A stretch of DNA of 64,000 bases. It comes from an uncultured Clostridium sp. GTDB lineage: Bacteria > Bacillota > Clostridia > Christensenellales > CAG-138. Where the stretch lies: NCBI GenBank assembly GCA_964612925.1, contig CAZTFU010000001.1:81958-145957 (forward strand), read 5' to 3'. Both the position numbers and the translations under genes were made by a program. The notes under the pieces are model-generated. The model searched no databases. It saw only the letters and a program-made list of their open reading frames with translations, and was not told the origin of the DNA. How positions within the stretch are numbered: the stretch's first letter is position 1; every line of letters starts with the position of its first letter. Shown here one piece after another: positions 31,638-41,202 of this stretch.

Positions 31638-33662
31638 TTAGAAGTCAACACCCTGTACAAGACCCTGTGCGGTCAGCTCTGCGATCTTGGCAATACGCTC
31701 TTCTTCCCACTTGGCATAAGCTTCGTAGTATTCTTCGGTGCTGATACCGTCGGTGTAGATGTACTGATACTTATAACGGCCATCGGAACCGCCGAATGCG
31801 GCGTACTGGCTTTCAAACGGCATGAGGGAGGAACCGAGGTAACCGGTGCCGGCTCTCATGTAAGGAATGGCCAGAACCTGCTCATTGCAGAAGAAGTTTT
31901 CGGCCTCGGCAAAGAGGGTGTAACGCTTCAGCAGATCGGTGGTTTCTGCGGCAGCGGCGTCAACCATCTGATCGTATACGATGTTGTAGTAGTACTTGCC
32001 GTCCTTGGCCTGATAAGCACCTTCAACGTACTCATCGGAAACCTCGGAAAGACCTTCGCACATGAAGTTCCAGTTACGGCGATCTGCACCTTCAACGGTG
32101 AAGGGGCTGGTCTGGGTCAGAGGATCGCCGTAGTCAGGATACCAGGTGTTGAAGCAAAGGCTGAACTTACCGGCACGGAATACGTTATCAACAAATCCGT
32201 CATCGGCATAGCCTTCAATAACAACGTCAACATATTCGCTACCGAGGTTGCGTTCGAGGCACTGCTCGATAACCTGGGAACGGTTGGTATCGTTGGTGGA
32301 GCTGGTGTAGTAGGGGATGTAGATTATGATCGGGAAGGTGCAGCCGGCAGCCTCAAGCTCGGGGATAGCAGCCTCAAGGTACTGCTGAGCCAGTTCGACA
32401 TTATAGGTATCGGAGGAGGCAAATTCGGCAATGGGCTCGAGATCGAGGTAATCGCCCTCTGCGGTGATCTGGAAGTCGCGGCAGGTCATGGTGTTCTGCA
32501 CGTGAGCTTCAGCGTTATGGGGTTCGTTTACTTCGGCAACGGCAATCTTGTCGAATGCATGGAGCAGAGCCTTACGGAAGTTCAGGTTGTTGACTGCGAT
32601 CTTCCAGTTTTCAGGCTGATACTTCTCATCGAAGTTGGGCCAGAAGTTGATGTAATACAGATAGGTGGTGTAGCTCGGACGGCTCGGACGAATCATCGCG
32701 GCCTTTTCGGGATCGGCCAGCCACTCGTCAATCTGCTCGTTGGGAACGTCGCAGTAGTTGACTTCACCGCGCAGATACATTTCGGGTTCAACAGTGCTTG
32801 CTTCAGCATTGTAGATCTCGGTGATCTTGGTGATGTGCATGTTCTCCATATCCCAGTAGGTGGGGTTGAGCTCGGAAACAATAATGGAGGAAGGCTCGTA
32901 CTCGGTCATTATGAACTCGCCGCAGTAGAGGCGGGTGGTATGGTCGGTACCGAAGTCATCACCCATTTCCTCGAGGAACTGAGCGTTTACGGGGATGAAG
33001 TTGTTGTAGGTAAGGGTGGAAAGGAAGTAGGGGATGGGGCTCTCAAGGGTGTACTCAAGAGTGTAAGTATCCAAAGCCTTTACGCCGACGGTGGAGAAGT
33101 CAGCATCCTCACCGTTAAGGGCTGCATAGTAGTAGCTTTCCGCACCGGCAAGGGTGAACAGAAGGTCGGCTACCAGAGAACCGTTTGCAGGGTCAAGTAT
33201 GTACTTGGCACTGGTAACGAAGTCCTCGGCAGTCAGTTCGGCATATTCCTGCTTGTCATAGGTCATCCACTTTACGCCTTCACGAATTTTGAAGGTCCAG
33301 ACATAACCGTCATCGGAACGGGTCCAGCTTTCGGCAAGGCAGTCATTGCAAATGCCGTAGTTATCGTACTCAACAAGAGTATCGATATACATTGCGGGGT
33401 TGCTAGAAGAAGTGATGAGGTAGTTCCAGTTGCTGATGTCATCGCTGAAAAGGTAGGTAAGCTCGGTTTCATCGCTTACCTGACGATCATCACCGGTGTA
33501 TTCGGTCTGGATCTGGGAGTTGTCGCCGCCCTGAGTGTCTACTTGGGCAGTAGGAGCGGGATCATCCTGATCGTTTGTAACATCATTCTGACAGCCGACA
33601 AATGCGCTAAGCACCATGACGACCAACAGAAGCAATGCTACGGTCTTTTTCATGTTCTTCAT
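31638..33662 (-). CDS. family-5 (peptide/nickel) ABC substrate-binding lipoprotein, unusually long (674 aa)
   Basis: Lipobox LSAFVGC after the signal peptide, and SBP family-5-like sequence throughout. First gene of the opp-like operon, with AGGAGG upstream. Confidence 0.85.
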   Translation of the reverse strand: MKNMKKTVALLLLVVMVLSAFVGCQNDVTNDQDDPAPTAQVDTQGGDNSQIQTEYTGDDRQVSDETELTYLFSDDISNWNYLITSSSNPAMYIDTLVEYDNYGICNDCLAESWTRSDDGYVWTFKIREGVKWMTYDKQEYAELTAEDFVTSAKYILDPANGSLVADLLFTLAGAESYYYAALNGEDADFSTVGVKALDTYTLEYTLESPIPYFLSTLTYNNFIPVNAQFLEEMGDDFGTDHTTRLYCGEFIMTEYEPSSIIVSELNPTYWDMENMHITKITEIYNAEASTVEPEMYLRGEVNYCDVPNEQIDEWLADPEKAAMIRPSRPSYTTYLYYINFWPNFDEKYQPENWKIAVNNLNFRKALLHAFDKIAVAEVNEPHNAEAHVQNTMTCRDFQITAEGDYLDLEPIAEFASSDTYNVELAQQYLEAAIPELEAAGCTFPIIIYIPYYTSSTNDTNRSQVIEQCLERNLGSEYVDVVIEGYADDGFVDNVFRAGKFSLCFNTWYPDYGDPLTQTSPFTVEGADRRNWNFMCEGLSEVSDEYVEGAYQAKDGKYYYNIVYDQMVDAAAAETTDLLKRYTLFAEAENFFCNEQVLAIPYMRAGTGYLGSSLMPFESQYAAFGGSDGRYKYQYIYTDGISTEEYYEAYAKWEEERIAKIAELTAQGLVQGVDF

Positions 33663-34105
33663 GATTTCCTCCTAATAAGGTTTTATTTATAATAAGTAAA
33701 CGCCGCAGTCAACATTTACCTATTAACTTAATTAGGCAGCAGAATAATATTGAACCAAAACCTTTTGATCGGTTACTGCTGCGAATACGTTGATGCGATG
33801 ATCAACGACCGATTCAAAATTGATTAAGGCAAACTCGGCAGCATCAAAAGCATAAAGCTTACCGTTATTATGCATATTCGGCGCGGTTGAAACATTATCG
33901 GCACGGGATACACTCTGCGGACAATATTCGTCCCCGACTTTGACATAAATTATAGCCGCGTTTGTTATTGTATACAAGTCTACAAATGCTTTTCTAACTT
34001 TTTCTTAACGCCGCATAACGGGAAATGAATAAATTGGACATGCCGTATTCACTTTTGTCGGATTTGAATATATAATGAATGTAATCGCCAAAAGGAGCGT
34101 AACGG

Positions 34106-35644
34106 ATGATAAACTGGCTGCGTACAATGGTGGCATATATATGGAACAACAAGAACCGCCGTATAACAACGATATTTATTCTGGCGGATGTTGTTGGGTT
34201 GCATTTTGCGCTGAACGTGTTTGACTCCGCAAATGCGGCAATAATAGCGGCCTGCGTTATGGCCTACGCCGTATCCACCATAACAAGAGAGCATTACTTA
34301 ACGCTTGGCGCTTCCTGCATTGCCGCAATGCAGATATTGCTTATACTGCTTTTACAGCCCACGTTAAAAATGCCGATTGCGAACACGGGACTTGTGCTGT
34401 TGGCATCGGTGGTATATATACTGCTTATGATGTCCATGATAACTAATATTCAGCAGCAGGAATACTATTCCACCGTTGAAGCGGACAGGCAGATACTGTA
34501 TAAGCAGCTTATGAATGCACTGCTGAAGGCCCGCGGGCTTGATAACATATATGGTTGCATAATAAACGCGATAAGCGAGCTTTACGGCCGTTCGGCCGCG
34601 GTGTTCAGTTATTCTGGGGACGAATTCGTGTGCGTTTGCCGCGAACCGCTCGGCCTTATTCTGTATCAGGATGAACTAAAGGCTGCAAAATGTGCATATG
34701 ACACGGGGCGTATCATGGGCAGGTTCGGGAACGGCTGTGATTATTCCTCATTTATGCTTATACCGATAAAATCGTTTGACAAGGTGCTTGCGGTAGTGGG
34801 AATAATGTTTGCTGACGAGGATGAGCTTGACTACAAAACAAACAGGGAAATAACAGAGCTTATTGCGCAATCGGCAAAGCCGCTTGAATATCAACTCCTT
34901 GCAGATGAACAGCAGCGAATAATAATAGAAAACGAGCGTGAAAGCATAAGGGCGAACCTCCTCCGCGCCATGTCGCATGATATTCGCTCACCGCTTACGG
35001 GAATAATGAGTGCAAGCTCGACAATACTTCAATCGGGCGATCTTATAAGCGATGATGCCAAGGAGAAACTTCTTATTAATATTCATGAGGAGGCTGAATG
35101 GCTTACCCACATGGTCGAAAACCTTCTCTCGATAACCCGCGTGAACGGTTCAATGACGCCGATAAAGAAATCGCTGGAGCTTGTTGAAGACATATTGGGA
35201 GAGGTGCAAAAGCGTTGCCAAACAAGGTTCCCGCAGGTGGAGCTTAACATAATCAGCCCCGATGAACCGCTTGTGGTGCCGATGGATGCAACGCTTATAA
35301 TTCAAGTGCTTATGAACCTTATCGAAAACGCCGTAAAGTATTGCGGCGGCTGCAATTATATAGAGGTAACGGTTCGCCTTGAAAACGAAAATGCCGTTTT
35401 TACCGTAAGAGATTACGGAATCGGCCTATCGGCCGAAACCAAGGATAAGTTGTTTTCACCCATCGAACACACTGATGCCGATATATCGCACGGCTTAGGT
35501 ATAGGCTTATCAATATGCAAAAGCGTTATTCGCGCCCACGGCGGGGAGATAAAGGGAGAGAACGGTCCCGAATGCGGCGCGTTGTTTACATTTACATTAC
35601 CGTTGGAGGATATAAACAATGAACAGAACAATCCTGATTGTTGA
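34106..35644 (+). CDS. sensor histidine kinase, KdpD C-terminal-half type (TM + GAF-like + HisKA + HATPase)
   Basis: N-terminal TM bundle, an H-box (MSHDIRSPLTGI), and N/G boxes (NLIENAVKY, DYGIGL, GLGIGLSICK). It lacks the N-terminal KdpD/Usp sensor domain. Confidence 0.8.
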   Translation: MINWLRTMVAYIWNNKNRRITTIFILADVVGLHFALNVFDSANAAIIAACVMAYAVSTITREHYLTLGASCIAAMQILLILLLQPTLKMPIANTGLVLLASVVYILLMMSMITNIQQQEYYSTVEADRQILYKQLMNALLKARGLDNIYGCIINAISELYGRSAAVFSYSGDEFVCVCREPLGLILYQDELKAAKCAYDTGRIMGRFGNGCDYSSFMLIPIKSFDKVLAVVGIMFADEDELDYKTNREITELIAQSAKPLEYQLLADEQQRIIIENERESIRANLLRAMSHDIRSPLTGIMSASSTILQSGDLISDDAKEKLLINIHEEAEWLTHMVENLLSITRVNGSMTPIKKSLELVEDILGEVQKRCQTRFPQVELNIISPDEPLVVPMDATLIIQVLMNLIENAVKYCGGCNYIEVTVRLENENAVFTVRDYGIGLSAETKDKLFSPIEHTDADISHGLGIGLSICKSVIRAHGGEIKGENGPECGALFTFTLPLEDINNEQNNPDC

Positions 35645-36335
35645 AGATGACAACTATATTTCAACTATACTCAAATCGTTGCTTGAGGCAAATGATTACC
35701 GCGTGCTTTTGGCGGAAACGGGACAGGGTGCACTGCATATGGCAGCGTCACATGTGCCGGAAGTGGTGCTGCTTGATTTGGGTCTACCGGATATGGATGG
35801 AATACAGGTGCTCAGAATGCTACGTCAATGGTATGAGGGGCCTATTGTTGTCGTGTCCGCGCGCAGTCAGGTTGAAGAAAAAGTCAAGGCACTCGATATG
35901 GGTGCGAACGATTATATAAATAAACCCTTCAGCGCACCTGAGCTGCTCGCACGGATAAGGGTAGCGTTGAGGCAAAACGTAAAGATGACAAATTCCGGAT
36001 CATCGGACAGATATAGGGTTGGTGACCTAATGGTTGATTTTCAAAGCATGCATGTATATGTGTGTGGGAGGGAGATCCACCTGACCCGCCTTGAGTACCG
36101 CATTGTTGAGCTGCTTGCACGCACGCCCGGCAAGGTGCTTACACATGACTATATCATTCAGAGCGTGTGGGGGCCGCATGCCAAATCGGACAATAATCTT
36201 ATACTGCGCGTGAACATTGCCAACATTCGCCGCAAAATAGAGAAGGATCATAATGCTCCGCGCTATATTCTGGCGGAAATAGGCGTTGGCTACAGAATGG
36301 CTGACAGTGACAGCTTTGATATGGACGGTGAATGA
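35619..36335 (+). CDS. OmpR-family response regulator (KdpE-like)
   Basis: Receiver domain (ILIVEDD, DLGLPDMDG, KP) plus a winged-helix output (LTRLEYRIVELLAR...VGYR). Overlaps the kinase gene by 26 nt. Confidence 0.88.
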   Translation: MNRTILIVEDDNYISTILKSLLEANDYRVLLAETGQGALHMAASHVPEVVLLDLGLPDMDGIQVLRMLRQWYEGPIVVVSARSQVEEKVKALDMGANDYINKPFSAPELLARIRVALRQNVKMTNSGSSDRYRVGDLMVDFQSMHVYVCGREIHLTRLEYRIVELLARTPGKVLTHDYIIQSVWGPHAKSDNNLILRVNIANIRRKIEKDHNAPRYILAEIGVGYRMADSDSFDMDGE

Positions 36336-36489
36336 ACCAAAGCTAAAGTCGAAGCGTTGAAGTTAAAGTAGGGTTAAGAAAACGCAACGTTACTTGTCTT
36401 TGATGCAAAAGAATTATACAATACTTTGTATATAATGATCGTATTGTATCTACAATGCGCATATAAAAAAGAAACGGATAGGAGAGAGT

Positions 36490-37857
36490 ATGAAAACGGT
36501 AACTCAATGGAAAAAACTTGTTGCTTTTATGCTGTGCATGGCAATGCTTTTCTGCTGCACGCTCAGCCTTGCCGACCAAGGTGACGTGGCCAACGAAGAG
36601 GGTGCAAGCGATAATGCCGCAGCAGTCGATGAAGTCAAGGAAGACGTAACGGTTGAGCTGGATGACGCAAGAATGGCTATCCTTTACGAGGAAACCACAG
36701 ACACAATACTGTTCGAAAAGGATGCGGACGCTCATAATGCTCCCGCGAGCATGACCAAGGTAATGACCGCCGTTCTTGTTATTGAGTCGGGTATCGACTT
36801 GAACAGTATAGTTACCGTTCCGGAAGATGCGGTTTCGGCAAAGTACTGTTCATGGATGGATACAGACCATCTTATAGCGGGCGAGGAAGTAAAGGTTTTT
36901 GATTTGATGAAATACCTGCTTATTCCTTCGGGTAATGAGGCTGCAACCACCCTTGCCATGTGCGTGGCGGATGATATACCGACGTTCATCGACATGATGA
37001 ATGAAAAAGCCGCCGAGCTTGGTATGACCGAAACTCATTATGAGGATCCGCATGGACTTTCTTCGGATTCTTATATAAGCGCACGGGATATGCTGACGCT
37101 CAGCCAATATGCAATGCAGCTCCCGACTTTCCGTAACATAGTTAAAATGAAGGGCGGTTCACTTCCCATATCGAATAAGCGTCAAAGCCCGCTGACCTAT
37201 TCCACTACCAACTGCGTAATGGATCCCGGCGGTGTTCCCGAATATAAAACCGATTATGCTTCGAGCGTTATAGGCATAAAAACCGGCTCCACACCTGCGG
37301 CGGGTAAAAACCTGTCCTGCTGTATGGTGAAGGATGATCTGACCTTTTACAGCGTAGTAATGCATTGCGGTGCAACGCTTTCGGGCACAAGGACGCTTTC
37401 CTACCACTATCTTGAAACGATAAAGTTGCTTGATTTTGCTCAACTGTTTGAAAAACAGGGCTACGCCGCAGGTGACGTAGTTACCGAACAGAAGCTTTGG
37501 GGGAATTTGTATGGTGATGCAGTGCAGCTTAGTGCAAAGGATGATGTTTATATTCTCGGACTTGAGGGCATTGAGCTTGTTCCCGAAATAGTGCTTGATG
37601 ATATTGGCGACTCCGTAAAAGAAGGCGATGTTGTCGGCCGTGCGATACTGCGTGACAGGTTCGGCAATGAACGCGAAACGGAGCTTGTTGCCGTTACGGA
37701 TGCCGAAAAGGACATGACTACGTTGTTCCTTATAATAGGCGGTGCGGTGGTGCTTGTTGCGCTCATAGTGGTAGCTGTGATAGTTTCACGTAAGAAGGCC
37801 GCTAAAAGCAAGACGAACGACGAAACCGAAAGCAACAACGAAGCGCAGGCCGAATAA
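36490..37857 (+). CDS. D-alanyl-D-alanine carboxypeptidase (S11 low-molecular-weight PBP, DacB-like)
   Basis: SMTK (SxxK), SGN and KTGS motifs, a signal peptide and a C-terminal TM anchor. Confidence 0.88.
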   Translation: MKTVTQWKKLVAFMLCMAMLFCCTLSLADQGDVANEEGASDNAAAVDEVKEDVTVELDDARMAILYEETTDTILFEKDADAHNAPASMTKVMTAVLVIESGIDLNSIVTVPEDAVSAKYCSWMDTDHLIAGEEVKVFDLMKYLLIPSGNEAATTLAMCVADDIPTFIDMMNEKAAELGMTETHYEDPHGLSSDSYISARDMLTLSQYAMQLPTFRNIVKMKGGSLPISNKRQSPLTYSTTNCVMDPGGVPEYKTDYASSVIGIKTGSTPAAGKNLSCCMVKDDLTFYSVVMHCGATLSGTRTLSYHYLETIKLLDFAQLFEKQGYAAGDVVTEQKLWGNLYGDAVQLSAKDDVYILGLEGIELVPEIVLDDIGDSVKEGDVVGRAILRDRFGNERETELVAVTDAEKDMTTLFLIIGGAVVLVALIVVAVIVSRKKAAKSKTNDETESNNEAQAE

Positions 37858-37877
37858 CCGGCAGGTAAGGTGAAAAC

Positions 37878-37909
37878 ACAGGCGTCCTATTGTATGGGGC
37901 GCCTGTTTT
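37878..37909 (+). terminator. rho-independent terminator after the dacB-like gene
   Basis: ACAGGCGTCC...GGGGCGCCTGT followed by TTTTA. Confidence 0.7.
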
Positions 37910-37921
37910 ATAGGCAGAAAA

Positions 37922-37950
37922 TTGACGATTCCGACATGATGATATATAAT
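37922..37950 (+). promoter_or_regulatory. sigma-70 promoter of glmM
   Basis: TTGACG (37922-37927), 17-nt spacer, TATAAT (37945-37950). Confidence 0.6.
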
Positions 37951-38009
37951 ATTTCGGTAATATATATTAAATGAAACGGCGCATATGCGCTTTTGAGAGG
38001 GAGAATATT

Positions 38010-39362
38010 ATGGGAAGAATGTTTGGTACTGACGGTGTAAGGGGCGTGGCGAATGCAGACCTTAGCTGTGAACTTGCCATGAAAATCGGAGCGGCAGGCG
38101 CATATGTGCTTACAAGCGTGCATAATCCGCGCATACTTGTCGGACAGGACACAAGAAAATCCGGCGATATGCTTGCGTGCGCGTTATCTGCGGGCATATG
38201 CTCCATTGGCGGTGACGTTATAAACGTTGGTGTGTTGCCAACGCCCGCAATGGCCTACCTTGCAAGAAAGTATTCTGCGGATGCGGCGGTTATGATAAGT
38301 GCATCGCATAATACGATGGAATACAACGGTATAAAATGGTTTGACGGCGAAGGATATAAGCTTTCCGATGAGCTTGAGGACAGGATAGAGGCCATAGTAA
38401 AGGGAGAAGAAACGCCTGAAAAGCCGATAGGCAGTCGCGTGGGCAGTTGCCTTAGCGCCCCAAGAGCCGTTGAAGAATACAAGGAATTTTTGAAGTCTAC
38501 CGCAACACAAAGCTTTGAAGGCATGACTATAGTGCTTGATTGTGCAAACGGTTCGGCTTCAGGCATAGCGAGAGAGGTTTTCAGCGAGCTTGGCGCAAGC
38601 GTTATATCGTGGGCAGACGAACCCGACGGGTGCAATATAAACGATCTTTGCGGCTCCACGCACCCCGAAAGTCTGCAAAAGCTTATGACGGAGCGAATGG
38701 CGGATGCGGGCTTTGCATTCGATGGAGATGCGGATAGAGTTATAGCCGCCGATGAAATGGGAAGCATTGTTGACGGCGACAGGATAATGGGTATCTGTGC
38801 AAAAAGCTTGAAGGAAAGCGGAAAACTAAAGGATGATACACTTGTTGTAACGGTTATGTCAAACCTTGGTTTGAAGCTTAGAATGAAGGAACTTGGAATA
38901 AAGATTGAAGAAACCGCCGTGGGCGACAGGTATATACTTGAACGCATGAGGCAAAAGGGCTTTTGCTTTGGCGGCGAGCAATCGGGTCATATCATTTTCT
39001 ATGATATGAACACCACGGGCGACGGTATACTGAGCGCGATACAGGTGATGAACATTCTTGCGGGCACAAAAAAGCGCTTTTCTCAGCTTGCAGACGAGGT
39101 GCCGATACTGCCTCAGGTGATGCTGAATGTAATGGTTGAGCCAAAGGATAAGCAGGCAGCATTGACCGATGCCGACTTTGCGGAGAGCATTCGAAACGTC
39201 GAAAAGCAACTTGAGAGAAGCGGGCGTGTGCTTGTGCGAGCAAGCGGCACGGAGCCGCTGATAAGGATAATGCTTGAGGGTAAAAGCGAGGAACAAATCA
39301 CTGTATTTGCGTACAGCCTTGCAGAGGTGCTTGAAAGCAAATACGGCGGAAGAATAAAGTAA
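38010..39362 (+). CDS. glmM: phosphoglucosamine mutase
   Basis: MFGTDGVRG N-terminus, the SASHN phosphoserine loop, the GDGDADR metal-binding loop, GEQSGH and RASGTEP. GAGGGAG RBS lies before ATG 38010. Confidence 0.95.
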   Translation: MGRMFGTDGVRGVANADLSCELAMKIGAAGAYVLTSVHNPRILVGQDTRKSGDMLACALSAGICSIGGDVINVGVLPTPAMAYLARKYSADAAVMISASHNTMEYNGIKWFDGEGYKLSDELEDRIEAIVKGEETPEKPIGSRVGSCLSAPRAVEEYKEFLKSTATQSFEGMTIVLDCANGSASGIAREVFSELGASVISWADEPDGCNINDLCGSTHPESLQKLMTERMADAGFAFDGDADRVIAADEMGSIVDGDRIMGICAKSLKESGKLKDDTLVVTVMSNLGLKLRMKELGIKIEETAVGDRYILERMRQKGFCFGGEQSGHIIFYDMNTTGDGILSAIQVMNILAGTKKRFSQLADEVPILPQVMLNVMVEPKDKQAALTDADFAESIRNVEKQLERSGRVLVRASGTEPLIRIMLEGKSEEQITVFAYSLAEVLESKYGGRIK

Positions 39363-39414
39363 ACGTATTTACTTTTTGCATAAACAGTGATAATATAAGT
39401 ATTGAATTAAATAG

Positions 39415-39600
39415 ACTTTCATGTTCTGCTCCTTTTTGGGGCAGCTAAGAGGGAAGCAGGTTAAAGGCCTGCGCGGTCCCGCCGCTGTATGCGTGGAGCA
39501 TTTGTTATTTGCCGATAAACGGCAAAGTCACTGAGGTAAAACTTGGGAAGGCATAGCAATGTGCGATGAAACGTGAGCCAGAAGACCTGCTTGAAAGTTC
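39415..39600 (+). promoter_or_regulatory. cobalamin (B12) riboswitch
   Basis: Conserved core AGGGAAGCAGGTTAAAGGCCTGCGCGGTCCCGCCGCTGTA (39449-39488) and B12 box GAGCCAGAAGACCTGC (39575-39590). A long peripheral extension lies between them. Confidence 0.88.
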
Positions 39601-39683
39601 GCCTTACCACGGGTCAATGGTTCAGGGGCGGGGTTATACAATGTTTTGTGTGCCCGAATAGTTTTTTAATGTGCAGAAAAACG

Positions 39684-39714
39684 GCTGCGGCGATATCGCC
39701 GCAGCTATTTTGTG
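39684..39714 (+). terminator. riboswitch expression-platform terminator
   Basis: Perfect palindrome GCTGCGGCGATATCGCCGCAGC followed by TATTTTGTG, 33 nt upstream of the first operon ATG. Confidence 0.8.
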
Positions 39715-39746
39715 TACAAAAGAATATTGAAAGGAAGGTCGTATTT

Positions 39747-40505
39747 ATGAGATTTCGCAGAGTGTTGACGGCACTTATGGCGATATTGATGCTGGTAGCT
39801 ACAATGGCGGGCTGTAGCGTATTCGGCTCTTCGACACAAAGAAATGCGCTGGACGTTGATTACATCGGTGGAGAGGACGAGGGCGAAAACAGGCTGAACG
39901 AGTTAAAGGGGCTTGCGGCGCAAAACGCTACTCCTGAGCCTGACGGACAATTAAAAACTCCTGCGCCATTAAATCTTGACGATGATGACGATACGGAATC
40001 CGTAGGCAAGATACAGGCAGAGGCTAAAGAAAATGCCGATGTTGCCGCAACGGAGCTGCCGGAACAGACACCTGCTCCGACTGAGAACGGCGAACCGCAG
40101 ACAAATACTTGCACCATAACCATACGGTGCGATACTGCTGTTGCCAAAGGAATGCACCTTGAAAAGAAGTGGCAGGGCATAGTACCTGCAAGCGGAGTAA
40201 TACTGGCGGTAACGACTATGACTTTTGAACCGGGAGATACGGTATTTGACGTGATTTGCGATGTGCGCGATAAATTCAAGTTGCATATGGAATACTCCGG
40301 GGCAAAGGGCAATGAATACATAGAGGGGATAAACAACCTTTATGAGTTTGACGGCGGTAGATGGAGCGGATGGATGTACTGCGTGAACGGATGGTATCCA
40401 AACTACGGTTGCGGGCAATACGCCGTTAAAAGCGGTGATGTTATCGAGTGGAATTACACTTGCGACCTTGGTAAAGACCTTGGACAAACGTGGATGGCGG
40501 GCTAA
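39747..40505 (+). CDS. lipoprotein with a C-terminal DUF4430 (transcobalamin-like C-terminal) domain
   Basis: Signal peptide plus lipobox (LVATMAGC), a long acidic/Pro-rich linker, then DUF4430-like CTITIRCD...GDTVFDV...YIEGINNLYEFDGGRWSGWMYCVNGWYPNYGCGQYAVKSGDVIEWNYT. The start is at 39747 (GAAAGGAAGG RBS); the track's extension to 39573 overlaps the riboswitch. Confidence 0.8.
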   Translation: MRFRRVLTALMAILMLVATMAGCSVFGSSTQRNALDVDYIGGEDEGENRLNELKGLAAQNATPEPDGQLKTPAPLNLDDDDDTESVGKIQAEAKENADVAATELPEQTPAPTENGEPQTNTCTITIRCDTAVAKGMHLEKKWQGIVPASGVILAVTTMTFEPGDTVFDVICDVRDKFKLHMEYSGAKGNEYIEGINNLYEFDGGRWSGWMYCVNGWYPNYGCGQYAVKSGDVIEWNYTCDLGKDLGQTWMAG

Positions 40506-40509
40506 TGGG

Positions 40510-41202
40510 ATGACCAACGAAGCGATTAAGGTAAACGACCTTACAAAAACATACCTTGCGGGCAAGGAAGAGGTAAAGGCGTTGCGCGGCGTGAGCCTAA
40601 GCGTTGAAAAGGGCGAATTCATATGTATTGCGGGCAAAAGCGGCAGCGGGAAATCAACATTACTCAACCTTGTTGCGGGACTTGAAAGAGCGACATGCGG
40701 CGAAATAAATGTGCTTGGGCAACGGGTTGATCAAATGAACGAAACCGAAAGGATACGCTTCAGGCGAGCAAATATAGGTTTCATATTTCAATCGTATAGG
40801 CTGTTGCCGCAGTATACGGCGGTTGAAAATGTAGCTTTGCCGCTTATGCTTCGCGGAATAGGAAAAAAGGAACGTGAACAGCGTGCGATGGTCGCGCTTG
40901 ATCATGTGGGTATTGCAAAGTGCGCAAATCAGCGGCCATCACAGATGAGCGGCGGTGAACAGCAACGCGCAGGCATAGCTCGTTCGATAATTACGGAACC
41001 CGCAATAATACTTGCCGACGAACCTACGGGCAACCTTGATTCCTCTACCGGGGAAATGATATTGAAGCTTTTTCAAAAGCTTTTTCGGCAGAACGGAACA
41101 ACACTGCTTATCGTTTCGCACGATAGCGACATGCCGCGCCATGTTGACAGGACTGTATACATGAGTGACGGTGCATTAATTAATAAGGAGATAATCATAT
41201 GA
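40510..41202 (+). CDS. ABC transporter ATP-binding protein, MacB/LolD/FtsE family
   Basis: Walker A GKSGSGKST, Q-loop FIFQSY, signature MSGGEQQR, Walker B ILADEPTGNLD and an H-loop VSHD. The track's N-terminal extension overlaps the previous gene. Confidence 0.9.
   Translation: MTNEAIKVNDLTKTYLAGKEEVKALRGVSLSVEKGEFICIAGKSGSGKSTLLNLVAGLERATCGEINVLGQRVDQMNETERIRFRRANIGFIFQSYRLLPQYTAVENVALPLMLRGIGKKEREQRAMVALDHVGIAKCANQRPSQMSGGEQQRAGIARSIITEPAIILADEPTGNLDSSTGEMILKLFQKLFRQNGTTLLIVSHDSDMPRHVDRTVYMSDGALINKEIII

Noticed and set aside
33732-33977. 81-aa minus-strand ORF (TTG start) in the 440-bp gap between the opp-like operon and the kinase gene
   Set aside because: It has no RBS, a non-ATG start and no recognisable family. 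It lies upstream of the likely opp promoter (TTGACT...TATAAA around 33690-33720). It could be a decayed gene remnant, but I cannot support it as a CDS.
39573-39746. N-terminal 58-codon extension of the DUF4430 lipoprotein ORF in the track
   Set aside because: The extension runs through the B12 box and the terminator hairpin. The internal ATG at 39747 has an RBS and begins a proper signal peptide with a lipobox.
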